Shown here in pieces: positions 31,047 through 41,656 of a stretch of 51,615 nucleotides of DNA. The stretch spans positions 1 through 51,615 of the forward strand of contig CAZFJP010000001.1 of NCBI GenBank assembly GCA_964518965.1, written 5' to 3'. Under the pieces are notes generated by a model that saw nothing but the letters and a program-made list of their open reading frames with translations, had not been told where the DNA came from and did no database searches. Position numbers and translations under genes: made by a program. Source of the stretch: an uncultured Candidatus Saccharibacteria bacterium (GTDB taxonomy: Bacteria > Patescibacteriota > SOKK01). The stretch's first letter is position 1, and each line of letters starts with the position of its first letter.

Positions 31047-32777
31047 ATGCGAAGTTCTATCTATAAAGAACAATCTGCGCAAAAGCGGCGCCTAGTTTTG
31101 TTAGGTGTAATTTTGGTGATTTTTGCATTGGTAATAGGGGGTAAGTTATTTTACCTGCAGGTATTTCGTCATGGTTATTACATTGCTTTTGCAGAGAACC
31201 AACATTATATTAAACGTGATATTCCTGCCGAGCGTGGCAAGATTTATGTTCGTGATTCGGAAAGTGGGAAGCTCTATCCTTTGGCAACCAACATTTCTTT
31301 AGATATGGTTTATGCAATTCCCTATCAGGTACAAGATCCTATTCTTGCTGCGCAGAAATTAGCACCAATTTTAAAAATGAAAGAAGTAGAAATTCTTAAA
31401 ATGTTTGAACGCAGTAAATATTATGTTCCACTCAAACATAAATTAACAGAAAAGCAATCCCAACAAATTAAAGCTTTAAAGTTAAATGGCATTATGGTTA
31501 CTTCTGAAAGTTGGCGTTATTATCCTGAGAAACGTCTTGCATCGCACATTCTTGGTTATGTTGACTGGGATCAAAGGGGACATTATGGTTTAGAAGGTTA
31601 CTTCAACGAGAGTTTGCGGGGGAAAACAGGTTTTATGACAGGTGAAAAAGATCAAGCGGGCCGATTAATTTCTATTGGTAATCTTGATTTAGAGCCGCCA
31701 AGAAATGGTGATGATTTAATTTTAACTGTTGATCGCACCATTCAGTATGAAGTGGAGAAAGTACTAGCCGAAGGAGTGAAAAAACATGGGGCCCAGAGTG
31801 GCAGTATCATTGTGATGGATCCAAAGACTGGCGGTATTTTGGCGATGGCTAACTACCCTGACTTTAATCCCAATCGTTACTACAAGTTTAAAAATTATGA
31901 CATTTTCAACAATTCTTCTATTAATAGTGTTTATGAACCTGGGTCTATCTTCAAGCCGATTGTTATGGCTGCAGCGTTGAATGAGGGAAAAGTAAAACCA
32001 GATGATACTCATCAATGTACTGGCTATGTTCGTATTGGTAATGATATTGTCAGAACTTCTACGCGGGAAGCACATGGTAAAGAGACAATGACTCAAGTAA
32101 TAATTAATTCTTGTAATGTCGGAATGGCGAAATTAACAACAGAGAAAATGGGTAAAGAGTTGATTTATGATTATTTGATAAAATTTGGTTTCAGTAGTAA
32201 TACGGGAATAATGATGGATACTGAAAACAAAGGGAATATACGCCAACCTAAAGATTGGGCGGAAATTGATGTGGCGACTTCAGGATTTGGTCAAGGGTTG
32301 GGTGTAACTTCGTTGCAAATGGTAACGGCGTTTTCCGCACTAGCAAACGAAGGTAACTTAGTCCAGCCGCGCATAATTGATGAAGTGATTCATAGTGATG
32401 GTAGTAAAGAAAAGAAATCACCTAAGTTAGTACGTCAGGTAATCTCTAAGGATACTGCCAAAACAATTACTGCAATGCTAATTGCAGCAGTTGAAGAAGG
32501 TTATGTTCAAAATGTTAAAATTCCAGGCTATTATGTTGCTGGTAAAACTGGTACAGCGGAAGTAGCGCGAGCAGATGGTCAGGGTTACGATCCAACAAGA
32601 AGAATTACTACTTTTATTGGTTATCTGCCGGCGAATAATGCTCGTTTTATTATTTTAGTGAAGTTAGATTTACCTAATTCTGGCCCGGGGATCTGGGGTA
32701 TTACTACTTCCGCGCCAATGTTTAAGGAAGTAGCACAGTATTTGATTCAGTATTATCGTATTCCACCGGAAAGATAA
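31047..32777 (+). CDS. ftsI: Class B penicillin-binding protein (FtsI-like)
   Basis: RG.I..R, RYYP, YEPGSIFK (SxxK), SCN, KTGT. Confidence 0.9.
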   Translation: MRSSIYKEQSAQKRRLVLLGVILVIFALVIGGKLFYLQVFRHGYYIAFAENQHYIKRDIPAERGKIYVRDSESGKLYPLATNISLDMVYAIPYQVQDPILAAQKLAPILKMKEVEILKMFERSKYYVPLKHKLTEKQSQQIKALKLNGIMVTSESWRYYPEKRLASHILGYVDWDQRGHYGLEGYFNESLRGKTGFMTGEKDQAGRLISIGNLDLEPPRNGDDLILTVDRTIQYEVEKVLAEGVKKHGAQSGSIIVMDPKTGGILAMANYPDFNPNRYYKFKNYDIFNNSSINSVYEPGSIFKPIVMAAALNEGKVKPDDTHQCTGYVRIGNDIVRTSTREAHGKETMTQVIINSCNVGMAKLTTEKMGKELIYDYLIKFGFSSNTGIMMDTENKGNIRQPKDWAEIDVATSGFGQGLGVTSLQMVTAFSALANEGNLVQPRIIDEVIHSDGSKEKKSPKLVRQVISKDTAKTITAMLIAAVEEGYVQNVKIPGYYVAGKTGTAEVARADGQGYDPTRRITTFIGYLPANNARFIILVKLDLPNSGPGIWGITTSAPMFKEVAQYLIQYYRIPPER

Positions 32778-32912
32778 AGACAAAGGGCAAGGAGTAGAAG
32801 GCAAAAGTAAAATCAAAAGGCAAAATTAAACTATTATTTATTTCATGAAAGAAGTAACCTAGGCTTTTATTTTTTCCTTCACTTTTTCTTTTTAACCTTT
32901 ACCTTTTACTTT
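32777..32912. repeat. Degenerate inverted heptamer array
   Basis: AAGACAA AGGGCAA GGAGTAG AAGGCAA AAGTAAA ... TTTAACC TTTACCT TTTACTT. Confidence 0.65.
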
Positions 32913-32929
32913 TGTCCATTATTATCTCG

Positions 32930-34144
32930 ATGCCAAAATCTCTCAGAAAAATCTTGGAAAGAGTATTGAAGTTTCTTGCTACTCGTGTATTGAAACGTTA
33001 CCATCCATTGGTAATTGCAATTACGGGTAGTGTTGGTAAAACCACGACAAAGGATGCTGTTTATAGTGTAGTCAAAGAAACTGGTTTAGTTTGGCGAAGT
33101 AAGTTGAATTATAACAATGAGATTGGAATACCACTAACAGTTTTGGGGTTAAAGCCGTCATCCTCACCGTTTGTTTGGTTGGGAAATTTAATTAGGGGAC
33201 TCTGGCTTGGTCTTGGTGTCAAAACAAGGAAGTATCCTGAGAAATTGGTTTTAGAACTAGCGGCAGATAAACCGGGTGATCTTGAGTATTTAACGAGTTT
33301 CATTAAGCCCGATATTGCAATTGTTACTAAAGTGAGCCCCGTGCACGCAGAGTTTTTCGGTGATTTGGAAGTAACTGCGAAAGAAAAAAGAAAAATAGTA
33401 GAAGAATTGAAAGAGGATGGCATTGCGATTTTAAACTATGATGATAAACGGGTAAGACAAATGGGAGAAGTACTCCCACAAAACAGAGTGATTTATTACG
33501 GCATGAATGATGTTGCTAAATTACGGGGGTTTAATATTGAAACCGGAGTAGGAGGAACGACTTTTCAATTTAGTTATGAGAGTAAGTCTCATCAGGTAAA
33601 AATGCCAAACATTATCGGTGAGCATTTCGTTTATGCGGCGTTAGCAGCGATTTCCGTAGGGGTTTTCTTGGGATTAGATTTAAGAGTAATTATCAAAGGG
33701 ATTTCGGAATTAAAACCAGCACCACACCGTCTACAGTTAGTAAAAGGAATGAAAGGAGCAACAATTATTGATGATACTTATAATGCCAGTGCGCCTTCTA
33801 TGTTAGAGGCATTAAAAGTACTGGGAAAAATTGAAGGTAATTTCCGTATTGCAGTTTTGGGTGATATGCTGGAGTTAGGTGACTACACTGAAAGTGAACA
33901 CCGGAAAGTGGGAAAAAGAGCGGCAGAAATAGCAAATTTACTAATTGTTGTTGGTAAATATGCTCGTTTTATTGGTGAAGAAGCGGTTAAAAGTGGTTTG
34001 GCTAAAGATAAAGTGATTGTTACCAGAAGTGTCGAGGAAGCGGAAAAAGTTTTGCGGGAACATCTCCAAAATCGTGACGTTGTTTTAATTAAGGGGTCGC
34101 GTGCAGTAGGATTAGAAAGAATCGTTGAAAATATCAAAGATTAG
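32930..34144 (+). CDS. murF: UDP-MurNAc-tripeptide--D-Ala-D-Ala ligase
   Basis: ITGSVGKTTTK, NNEIGIP, DDTYNAS, VLGDMLELG, KGSR. Confidence 0.95.
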   Translation: MPKSLRKILERVLKFLATRVLKRYHPLVIAITGSVGKTTTKDAVYSVVKETGLVWRSKLNYNNEIGIPLTVLGLKPSSSPFVWLGNLIRGLWLGLGVKTRKYPEKLVLELAADKPGDLEYLTSFIKPDIAIVTKVSPVHAEFFGDLEVTAKEKRKIVEELKEDGIAILNYDDKRVRQMGEVLPQNRVIYYGMNDVAKLRGFNIETGVGGTTFQFSYESKSHQVKMPNIIGEHFVYAALAAISVGVFLGLDLRVIIKGISELKPAPHRLQLVKGMKGATIIDDTYNASAPSMLEALKVLGKIEGNFRIAVLGDMLELGDYTESEHRKVGKRAAEIANLLIVVGKYARFIGEEAVKSGLAKDKVIVTRSVEEAEKVLREHLQNRDVVLIKGSRAVGLERIVENIKD

Positions 34145-34198
34145 TTAAAATAGCGTGGAGATTTAGTATGCTATGTATCTATGAATGAAATTTAAATT

Positions 34199-35294
34199 AT
34201 GCAACAAAATTTAAATCAAAAGTTAAAAGATTTTCGAGTTCGTTTTGAAAGAGCACGGAGGTATCTTTGACCTTGCGTCTAAACCATTGGAGATTAAAAA
34301 ATTAGAGACCGAAATGGAACAGCCTAATTTTTGGCAGAATCGAGAGCGTGCTACTGAAGTAAGTCGGGAGATGGAAAGATTACAGGATGAACTTCTGAAA
34401 TGGCAAGATTTTGAAACGGAATTAAATGATTTGATTGAGCTTCACAATTTATTGAAAAAAGAGCATGATTCTTCTTTGCAGAGAGAACTTTTTGTTCGAT
34501 TGAACAAATGGGAAAAAAGTTTTGCCAAGGAGGAATTCAAGTTGTTATTCAAGGGGAAGTACGATCGTAATAATGCTATTCTGGCAATCCATGCTGGTAC
34601 TGGTGGAGTGGATGCCCAGGATTGGGCGGAGATATTGTTGCGGATGTATCTGCGTTATGCTGAGAAAAAGGGGTTCTTAGTGGAAGTCATTGAGAAAATC
34701 AAAGGTCAGGAGGCAGGGGTTAAGAAAGCGCTGGTTTTAATTAAGGGTTCCTATGCTTATGGCTATTTGAGAACGGAAGCTGGGGTGCATCGCTTAGTGC
34801 GTAAATCACCGTTTAATGCAAAAAATTTGCGCCAGACTTCTTTTGCTCTTGTAGAAGTCCTGCCGGAAATTGAAGAAGGAATTGAAATTAAAATTAAACC
34901 AGACGATTTAAAAATTGATGTCTTTCGTGCTTCTGGCCATGGTGGTCAGAGTGTTAATACTACTGACTCGGCAGTAAGAATTACTCATTTGCCGACAGGA
35001 ATTACTGTTAGCTGTCAAAATGAACGTTCCCAATTACAAAATAAACAAATGGCACTTAAAATTTTACAAGGACGGTTACACTTGTTAGAACAAGCAAAGA
35101 AAGAAGAGGAAAAACGTCGTTTGCGAGGAGAATATACTTCTGCTGAATGGGGTAACCAGATCCGTTCTTATATTTTAGATCCCTATCAGTTAGTAAAAGA
35201 TCACCGTACAGGATTAGAGATAAAAAATATTGATGCGGTGTTGAATGGGGACCTAGATCAATTTATTGAGATTAGTTTGGAAAAATTGAAATAA
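34199..35294 (+). CDS. prfB: Peptide chain release factor 2 with programmed +1 frameshift
   Basis: ATG 34199 gives 23 codons ending GGAGG TAT CTT TGA C (slip site 34265-34271); +1 frame has SPF and GGQ. Confidence 0.96.
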
Positions 35295-35299
35295 TTCTT

Positions 35300-36022
35300 A
35301 TGATTGTTTTTAAACACGTAACAAAGGTATACAATGACAGGATTGTTGCCTTGAATGATGTTAGTTTTCGAATTAAAGCTGGAGAATTTGTTTCTATCGT
35401 TGGTTCTAGTGGTGCTGGTAAATCAACAATTATTAAATTAATTCTTACTGAAGACAAACCAACAAGTGGTAAAGTAATTATTGGGGGAATTAATCTAGCA
35501 CATCTCAAATCTTACCAAGTTCCTCATTTGCGTCGTAAAATTGGGGTAGTGTTTCAAGATTTTAAGCTTTTACCTAAGAAAACCGTTTTTGAGAATGTTG
35601 CTTTTGCGATGGAGGTAAACAATCAAAGCCAACGAGAGATTCAAAAGACCGTTCCCCAGCTTCTGGAATTAGTGGGTCTTGGTGATAAGAGCAACAGTTT
35701 ACCGGATGAGTTGTCAGGAGGTGAGAAACAGCGGGTAGCGATTGCCCGAGCCTTGGCGCATCAGCCTAAAATTATTTTAGCTGATGAACCTACTGGTAAT
35801 CTTGATCCAATTAATTCACGGGAGATTATTAAATTACTTTTAAAAATTAATCAGTTTGGTACAACGGTTATTTTAGCAACTCACGATCGAGAAATTGTTG
35901 ATGCGATTCGTAAACGGGTGATTGTTTTAGATGAAGGTGAAATTACTTCTGATCAGAGGGTAGGGATGTATAATTTACGTTCGCGTGTAAGAAGTAAAAG
36001 ATTAAAAAAATTATTTAGTTAG
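35300..36022 (+). CDS. ftsE: Cell division ABC ATPase FtsE
   Basis: [42 protein letters not shown]. Confidence 0.92.
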   Translation: MIVFKHVTKVYNDRIVALNDVSFRIKAGEFVSIVGSSGAGKSTIIKLILTEDKPTSGKVIIGGINLAHLKSYQVPHLRRKIGVVFQDFKLLPKKTVFENVAFAMEVNNQSQREIQKTVPQLLELVGLGDKSNSLPDELSGGEKQRVAIARALAHQPKIILADEPTGNLDPINSREIIKLLLKINQFGTTVILATHDREIVDAIRKRVIVLDEGEITSDQRVGMYNLRSRVRSKRLKKLFS

Positions 36023-36043
36023 TTTTCTAAAATCAAAGAAATA

Positions 36044-37111
36044 ATGAAAAAAAAGATTAAAATTTTTCTCTTAATCGCGGGAGCTATCGCCGCGATTATT
36101 TTAGTAGTAATTGCTACAGTTTGGATTGTTTGGGGAAAAGATAAATTAAGTTCCTTTCTAGATTCATTATTTAGATTAACGGGAATTAAACAAGAGCAAA
36201 GTGTTAATCCTAATTTGGTTACTTGCAAGCTTTGCGGCAAGCTAGTTGATAAAAAAGATGCTAATCACTATCCAGTGGCAGTGATGATTGATAATCATGT
36301 TCAAGCGCGTCCGCATATTGGCTTAAACGATGCTTGCATTATTTATGAAACGCTGGTGGAGGGCGGAATTACGCGACTGATGGCGGTTTATGGTCATGGA
36401 GGAGTGAAACAAGTTGGTCCGGTGAGAAGCGCCCGCACTTATTACTTAGATTGGGCGAGTGAGTATAATGCTTTGTATGCTCATGCTGGCGGTAGTCCGG
36501 AAGCACTGCAATTAATTAGAACCTACGGCATTTTGGACATGAATCATTATATTGGTCAGGCATACTGGCGAGATCTTTCTGCAAAAACTTATTTTGCCCC
36601 GCACAACTTATTTGTAAATATTGATCAACTGCGTGCGGATGGTTTAAAAAAATATTCTCTCGCAGATAAAATTATTCAAAAATTTCATTTTAAGAATGAT
36701 TCTGGTCTTAACAATTCTCGTGCAGGTTCTATTGTAATTAATTATTCTAATTATACTCCCTGTTCGGTAAAGTTTATTTATGATGCCGATACTGATACTT
36801 ACGTTCGCTATCTTGGAGGGAAAATTGATAAGGACGGACTGTCCAAACATTCCGTACGCGTGAAGAATTTGATTATTCAAATTACTCCTGCTTGGCTTTC
36901 AGAAAGAAGGTCATCGCGTCTAGCAATGCAGACAACTGGCTCGGGTAAAGCGCTAGTTTTTCAAAATGGTAGGGTAGTTTCAGCAACTTGGAGAAAGGCA
37001 ACACGTTTGGATCAAACTCGCTTTTATAATAGCAATAACAAGGAAATTCGGATGAATCGGGGATTGACGTGGATTTCTATCGTAAGGAATCAAACGTTAG
37101 TAAAATACTAG
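36044..37111 (+). CDS. DUF3048 (YerB-like) membrane-anchored protein
   Basis: AVMIDNH..ARP, VEGGITR, GPVRSAR, APHN. Confidence 0.88.
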   Translation: MKKKIKIFLLIAGAIAAIILVVIATVWIVWGKDKLSSFLDSLFRLTGIKQEQSVNPNLVTCKLCGKLVDKKDANHYPVAVMIDNHVQARPHIGLNDACIIYETLVEGGITRLMAVYGHGGVKQVGPVRSARTYYLDWASEYNALYAHAGGSPEALQLIRTYGILDMNHYIGQAYWRDLSAKTYFAPHNLFVNIDQLRADGLKKYSLADKIIQKFHFKNDSGLNNSRAGSIVINYSNYTPCSVKFIYDADTDTYVRYLGGKIDKDGLSKHSVRVKNLIIQITPAWLSERRSSRLAMQTTGSGKALVFQNGRVVSATWRKATRLDQTRFYNSNNKEIRMNRGLTWISIVRNQTLVKY

Positions 37112-37120
37112 TTCAAAGTT

Positions 37121-38827
37121 ATGAGTTTAGAGTTTAGAATTAAAAAATACTTTAAAAAGTTTCTGTTATTGATTTTGTTCGGAATAACTGTTCTTCCGGT
37201 TTTTGTGCTTGCGTCAGATAATTCTGAACGTTCTTGGGAGTTTGAAGAGTTTGATGTGGCTATTCAAATTAATAAAGATGCCAGTTTTAATGTTGTTGAA
37301 AAACAAACTATTAATTTTCGGGGGAATTTCCACTTTGTGACGAGGAGTATTTTAAAGAGAAGATTAGATAAGATCACTGATATTAAAGTAGTAGAAGAAA
37401 ACGGTGACTCCCTAAAGAATGTTTCTTATAGTGTCAGTGAAAATAATAGTTATTATATTATTCGCGTTGATTTTGATCTTACTGATGTTACTAAAACTTT
37501 TTTATTTAAGTATAAGGTGTGGGGAGGAATTGGTTATTTTAGTGATTATGATGAGCTTTACTGGAATGCGATTTCGGCTGAGAGGGAAGTGCCAATTAAG
37601 AGGAGCATCGTAAAAGTAACGCTACCAGAAGAGGTCAGTAAAGATCAATTGAAGCAAGCGGTTTATACTGATGCAAAGAATCATAGTGAGAAAATTTTGG
37701 ATAGTAAAACCTTTCTTTGGAAAGCCGAGGACCTACCAGCAAATTCTAACTTTACAATTGTTTGTGGTTTTCCCAAGGATATTATCTACGAACCGTTTAC
37801 CAGATCTGTTACTTTTAGTTTATTAGTAAAATTAGCTTCGTTTTTAGGAGTGGTATTAGTTTTTATGATAATGTTTATTCTTTGGTTTACTAAGGGACGC
37901 GACAAAGGAAGGCGGAAAACAATTATTGCCGAGTATAATCCACCAGATAATCTAAGACCGGGAGAATTGGGATTATTGATAAAAGAAAAGTTTCAAAATA
38001 AATTTATTACCGCGACACTGATTGATCTGGCGATTCGCGGTTACTTGAAAATTATTGAAAAGGAGAAGAAAGGATTATTCGGAAAAGGCAAAGATTATTC
38101 TTTTGAGTGCTTGAGTAAATCGTTAGCCGATCTTAAAGGGTATGAAAAACTGCTTTTAGAAGGGATTTTTGGCAGCAAGACAGAAGTGGATTTGAAAGAT
38201 TTAGAGAATAAGTTTTATCGTGAGGTTTCTCGGATTGAAGAAGCTCTTTACCAAAGCGTTGATCAGCATCATTATTTCTTTGCGAATCCAAAGAATGTTC
38301 GTGCTGCTTACTTTTCTTTTGCGGGACTGCTAGCTGCAGGAGGATTGGCAATAATTTTTTGGGCGCATTTTCTTTCCAAGGGTTTCCTAGGTGTTGCCTT
38401 GATTACAATGGCGATGATTATTTTCTTGTTCGGCCGTAAGATGGCAGCGCGTACTAAAGTTGGATCACTGGCTTATGAACATTCCCTTGGATTCAGAGAA
38501 TATTTACATACCGCGGAACGTTATCGTCTGCAAAAACTAACTCCGGAAACGTTTGAAAAGTTTTTACCTTATGCGATGGTTTTTGGCGTCGAGAAAGAGT
38601 GGGCGGAAAAGTTTAAGAACATTTATCAAAATCGCACGCCTAATTGGTATGTTTCTTCTGATGGTACTTTTTCCGCAATTGTTTTAGCGAGTAGTTTGAA
38701 TTCGATGAACGATAGTTTTATGAGTGCAGCGGTTTCTAAACCGGGTGGCAGTGCCAGTTCAGGAAGCGGTTTTTCGGGCGGCTTTGCCGGCGGCGGAGGC
38801 GGTGGTGGAGGAAGTAGTGCGGGATGA
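37121..38827 (+). CDS. DUF2207 family membrane protein
   Basis: DELYWN, ATLIDLA.RGY, LPYAMVFG, Gly-rich C-terminus. Confidence 0.88.
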   Translation: MSLEFRIKKYFKKFLLLILFGITVLPVFVLASDNSERSWEFEEFDVAIQINKDASFNVVEKQTINFRGNFHFVTRSILKRRLDKITDIKVVEENGDSLKNVSYSVSENNSYYIIRVDFDLTDVTKTFLFKYKVWGGIGYFSDYDELYWNAISAEREVPIKRSIVKVTLPEEVSKDQLKQAVYTDAKNHSEKILDSKTFLWKAEDLPANSNFTIVCGFPKDIIYEPFTRSVTFSLLVKLASFLGVVLVFMIMFILWFTKGRDKGRRKTIIAEYNPPDNLRPGELGLLIKEKFQNKFITATLIDLAIRGYLKIIEKEKKGLFGKGKDYSFECLSKSLADLKGYEKLLLEGIFGSKTEVDLKDLENKFYREVSRIEEALYQSVDQHHYFFANPKNVRAAYFSFAGLLAAGGLAIIFWAHFLSKGFLGVALITMAMIIFLFGRKMAARTKVGSLAYEHSLGFREYLHTAERYRLQKLTPETFEKFLPYAMVFGVEKEWAEKFKNIYQNRTPNWYVSSDGTFSAIVLASSLNSMNDSFMSAAVSKPGGSASSGSGFSGGFAGGGGGGGGSSAG

Positions 38828-38829
38828 TA

Positions 38830-38872
38830 AGAATGTAAAATGGAGAATGGAGAATGGAGAAAAAGAAAATTG
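38830..38872 (+). repeat. Single purine-rich heptamer arm
   Basis: AATGTAA AATGGAG AATGGAG AATGGAG directly after the stop; no partner arm. Confidence 0.8.
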
Positions 38873-38986
38873 AGTAGGTTTTGCCTGCTCTTTTTGATAC
38901 TTGATTTTCTTGATTTTTTAGGTTAAGTATATTAGTATTGAATATCAAGAGTGAACCTTCACATCAAAGAAAGCGAGGTGACAGAA

Positions 38987-39379
38987 ATGGGTCGGATCGG
39001 ATTAATTCGTATTGGCGCAGAATGTCTTCTCTGTGCCTCTACCGGTTTAAGGGAGGAAGAAGTTATTCCTTTCGCAGATCTTCTTGAAGAGCTTGATGTT
39101 GAAGATGAGATTTACCAGTTTTTTGACCCTTGCCGGGGGTCACTTGTGGTTAGGATTGAAGGAATAATGCTTACGGATCTTTTTAATCTTAATGGGAGGA
39201 GAAGTTATATTAAGATTCAAAAAGATCCAGCAGAAAATGTCATTGTAGTGTCGGTAGCGATTTATGCTAAGCGAATCCATCCCAGGAAATCACCGCGTGG
39301 CAAAATCGCTCAGCATAATGAAATACCACATCTTTTCATTCGCACCTTTGGTGCTTATGTGATGATGTGGATTCATTAA
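38987..39379 (+). CDS. Hypothetical protein (ORFan islet)
   Basis: TTGATT-17-TAGTAT (38910-38938), GAGGTG SD before ATG 38987, terminator directly after the stop. Confidence 0.6.
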   Translation: MGRIGLIRIGAECLLCASTGLREEEVIPFADLLEELDVEDEIYQFFDPCRGSLVVRIEGIMLTDLFNLNGRRSYIKIQKDPAENVIVVSVAIYAKRIHPRKSPRGKIAQHNEIPHLFIRTFGAYVMMWIH

Positions 39380-39412
39380 AACCCGCTTCTTGTGGTTTGA
39401 GGCGGGTTTTTT
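39378..39412. terminator. Bidirectional terminator
   Basis: AAAACCCGCTTC...GAGGCGGGTTTTTT between convergent genes. Confidence 0.85.
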
Positions 39413-39442
39413 AGTTGAACGACTCTGGAGTTTTTATTACTT

Positions 39443-41602
39443 TTACAATAATGTCTCGGGATCAATATCAATTTTCCAATTCAGCGGCACAGCATATAAT
39501 AATTTGCGAATTCCTTTGCCTTTAATAATTAAATGATAGCGATACTGATCATTGATGCGCGGAATAAACGCTGGAGTTGGCCCGATAATTTTGATTTCTT
39601 GTAAACCAATCTTTTCCTGAAAGCGGAGGAGGTTATTTTTGAGTTTCTCTGCGGCGATTAAACAATTTTCCTCTTTTTTTGTGGTGTAGATAAGCTTAAC
39701 TAACTGTCCAAAGGGTGGATAATTTAATTCTATCCGACTTTGGAGCTCATGATTAAGTAATTTCTCGTAATTATTCTTCACTAGACAGTTAAGGGCGAGG
39801 TTTTGGGGGGTATAAGTTTGAATTAGGGTTCTCCCCGGTGTTGGTTTATTTTCAATATTCAAAATAAATTGATTGAAAAGTTGAAAGGTCTTTTCTTGAT
39901 TGCGAAAGTCAGGGAGGTTTAAGAGAGTGTCAGCATTCACAATGCCTAAGAGAGTGACATTAGGGAGATTCAAAAACGGCTGAATCATTTTGGTTCCGAT
40001 TAAAATGTCTGCTTTGTGATTCTCAAACTTTTGGTAGATGTTTAAGAATGTCGATTTTTTTGCTGCGATGTCCTTATCAACGCGAAGAACTTTTGCTTGT
40101 GGGAAGTATTTGCTAATCTCTGTTTCAATTTTTTGGGTACCTAAACCAAGATGATTTAGATACATGCTGTGGCAGTTAGGGCATCTTTTCGGTGGTTTGG
40201 CCTGATAGAAGCAGTGATGGCAGCGGAAGAGATTTTGTTCGGCTGCGCCGGGCACCGGATGGTACTCAGCAGTATGCAAGATGAGTGGAATATCGCAACG
40301 TGGGCAGTTAAAAACATAGCCACAATCACGACAGACGACGAGAGTAGCACTGCCGCGGCGGTTTAAGAATAATACCGCCTGTTTTTTATTCTGTAGAGTT
40401 TCTGTTAATGCTTCTAAGAGGTCATCACTAAAAACTGATTGGTGGCCTTTGCGCAGTTCCATGGTTAGGTCAACAAGAGAAGCACGAGTTGACTGGTCAC
40501 GTTCAATTTTAATCAAACGATATTTGCCTTGCTGAACTTGATAGTAACTTTCTATGCTGGGGTTAGTGCTTCCGAGAATTATCGGTACTTGTTGCAATTG
40601 ATTTAGCATCAGCGCAATCTTGCGGGCATGATAACGTGGGTTTTGTTCTTGTTTGTAGGCAGTGTCATGCTCATCATCAAGAATGATAAGTCCTAATTTT
40701 TTAAATGGACAGAATAAGGAAGAACGCGAACCGATGATTATTTTCGCTCTACCGGATTGAATCTTTAGCCACTCATGCATTTTATGTGAGCGCGATAGAT
40801 CGCCATGCCAGATTGCAACTTTTTCTCCAAAAAATCTCAAATAAAATTTAATTTGTTTGGGGGTTAATTTAATCTCGGGAACGATGAGCAACGCTTGCTT
40901 GTTATTGTCAACAACCTTTTTGATTTGTTCTAGGTAAACTTTATCTTTAGTAATGCCGGTTTTATCGAAGAGAAGGTAAATTGGGGCGTGAAGTAAGGTT
41001 AATTTAGGAAGGTTTTCAAAAGGAGGCAGTTTACGGACAATGTTTTTTTGTTTGTAGAGAAAGAGAGGATCGGGATAATAAGTGGTTTCGGTCACACGAA
41101 CGAGCTTTTTTTTAATCATTTGCTTCAAGAGACTTTCTGAAGCAGTAGTGCGACGGGAAAGTTCCTTTAGGGAGAAACTTTGTTGGTGTTCTTTTAAATA
41201 ATTAATCACTTTTTCTTGCTTTTTTGATTTTGGTTTTTTTCTTAAACCACGGAGATATTTAACCTGCTGAATAATTTTTCCGCTGGCATAAGAAGGTGTA
41301 ATAGTTTTGATTACTACACCTAGACTTGTTTTATAATATTGGCTGATTAAGTCGGCAAGTCGGAATTGATTTTCATCTAGGAGAGGGGTTTGGGAAATGA
41401 TTTTTAGGATATCGCGAGTTTCTTCAATATTTGTTTCCTGCATTGTTTTTAAGACCACGCCTAAAACCACTTGTTTGCCAAAAGGCACCTCTACTACTTG
41501 GCCCTTTCTAATCTTACGGCTTAAAACTTTCGGAATAGAGTAAGTAAAGGTTTGGTAATTGGGATAAGTTTTACGAAAGACGATGATCTCGGCGTAACGC
41601 AT
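39443..41602 (-). CDS. priA: Primosomal protein N' with degenerate helicase motifs
   Basis: FTYS.P, VEVPFG, VPEI.LTP, YKQE..PRYHAR, LNRRG, four CxxC pairs, IDIDP. Confidence 0.92.
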   Translation of the reverse strand: MRYAEIIVFRKTYPNYQTFTYSIPKVLSRKIRKGQVVEVPFGKQVVLGVVLKTMQETNIEETRDILKIISQTPLLDENQFRLADLISQYYKTSLGVVIKTITPSYASGKIIQQVKYLRGLRKKPKSKKQEKVINYLKEHQQSFSLKELSRRTTASESLLKQMIKKKLVRVTETTYYPDPLFLYKQKNIVRKLPPFENLPKLTLLHAPIYLLFDKTGITKDKVYLEQIKKVVDNNKQALLIVPEIKLTPKQIKFYLRFFGEKVAIWHGDLSRSHKMHEWLKIQSGRAKIIIGSRSSLFCPFKKLGLIILDDEHDTAYKQEQNPRYHARKIALMLNQLQQVPIILGSTNPSIESYYQVQQGKYRLIKIERDQSTRASLVDLTMELRKGHQSVFSDDLLEALTETLQNKKQAVLFLNRRGSATLVVCRDCGYVFNCPRCDIPLILHTAEYHPVPGAAEQNLFRCHHCFYQAKPPKRCPNCHSMYLNHLGLGTQKIETEISKYFPQAKVLRVDKDIAAKKSTFLNIYQKFENHKADILIGTKMIQPFLNLPNVTLLGIVNADTLLNLPDFRNQEKTFQLFNQFILNIENKPTPGRTLIQTYTPQNLALNCLVKNNYEKLLNHELQSRIELNYPPFGQLVKLIYTTKKEENCLIAAEKLKNNLLRFQEKIGLQEIKIIGPTPAFIPRINDQYRYHLIIKGKGIRKLLYAVPLNWKIDIDPETLL

Positions 41603-41656
41603 TTGGGTTATTAAAACGGACCCCCTGAATTAAAGTCCGTCTTTAAAAATTGCTTT

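Noticed and set aside
34245-34270. ORF-track start of prfB, or prfB as a pseudogene
   Set aside because: Explained by the canonical CTT-TGA-C programmed frameshift from ATG 34199.
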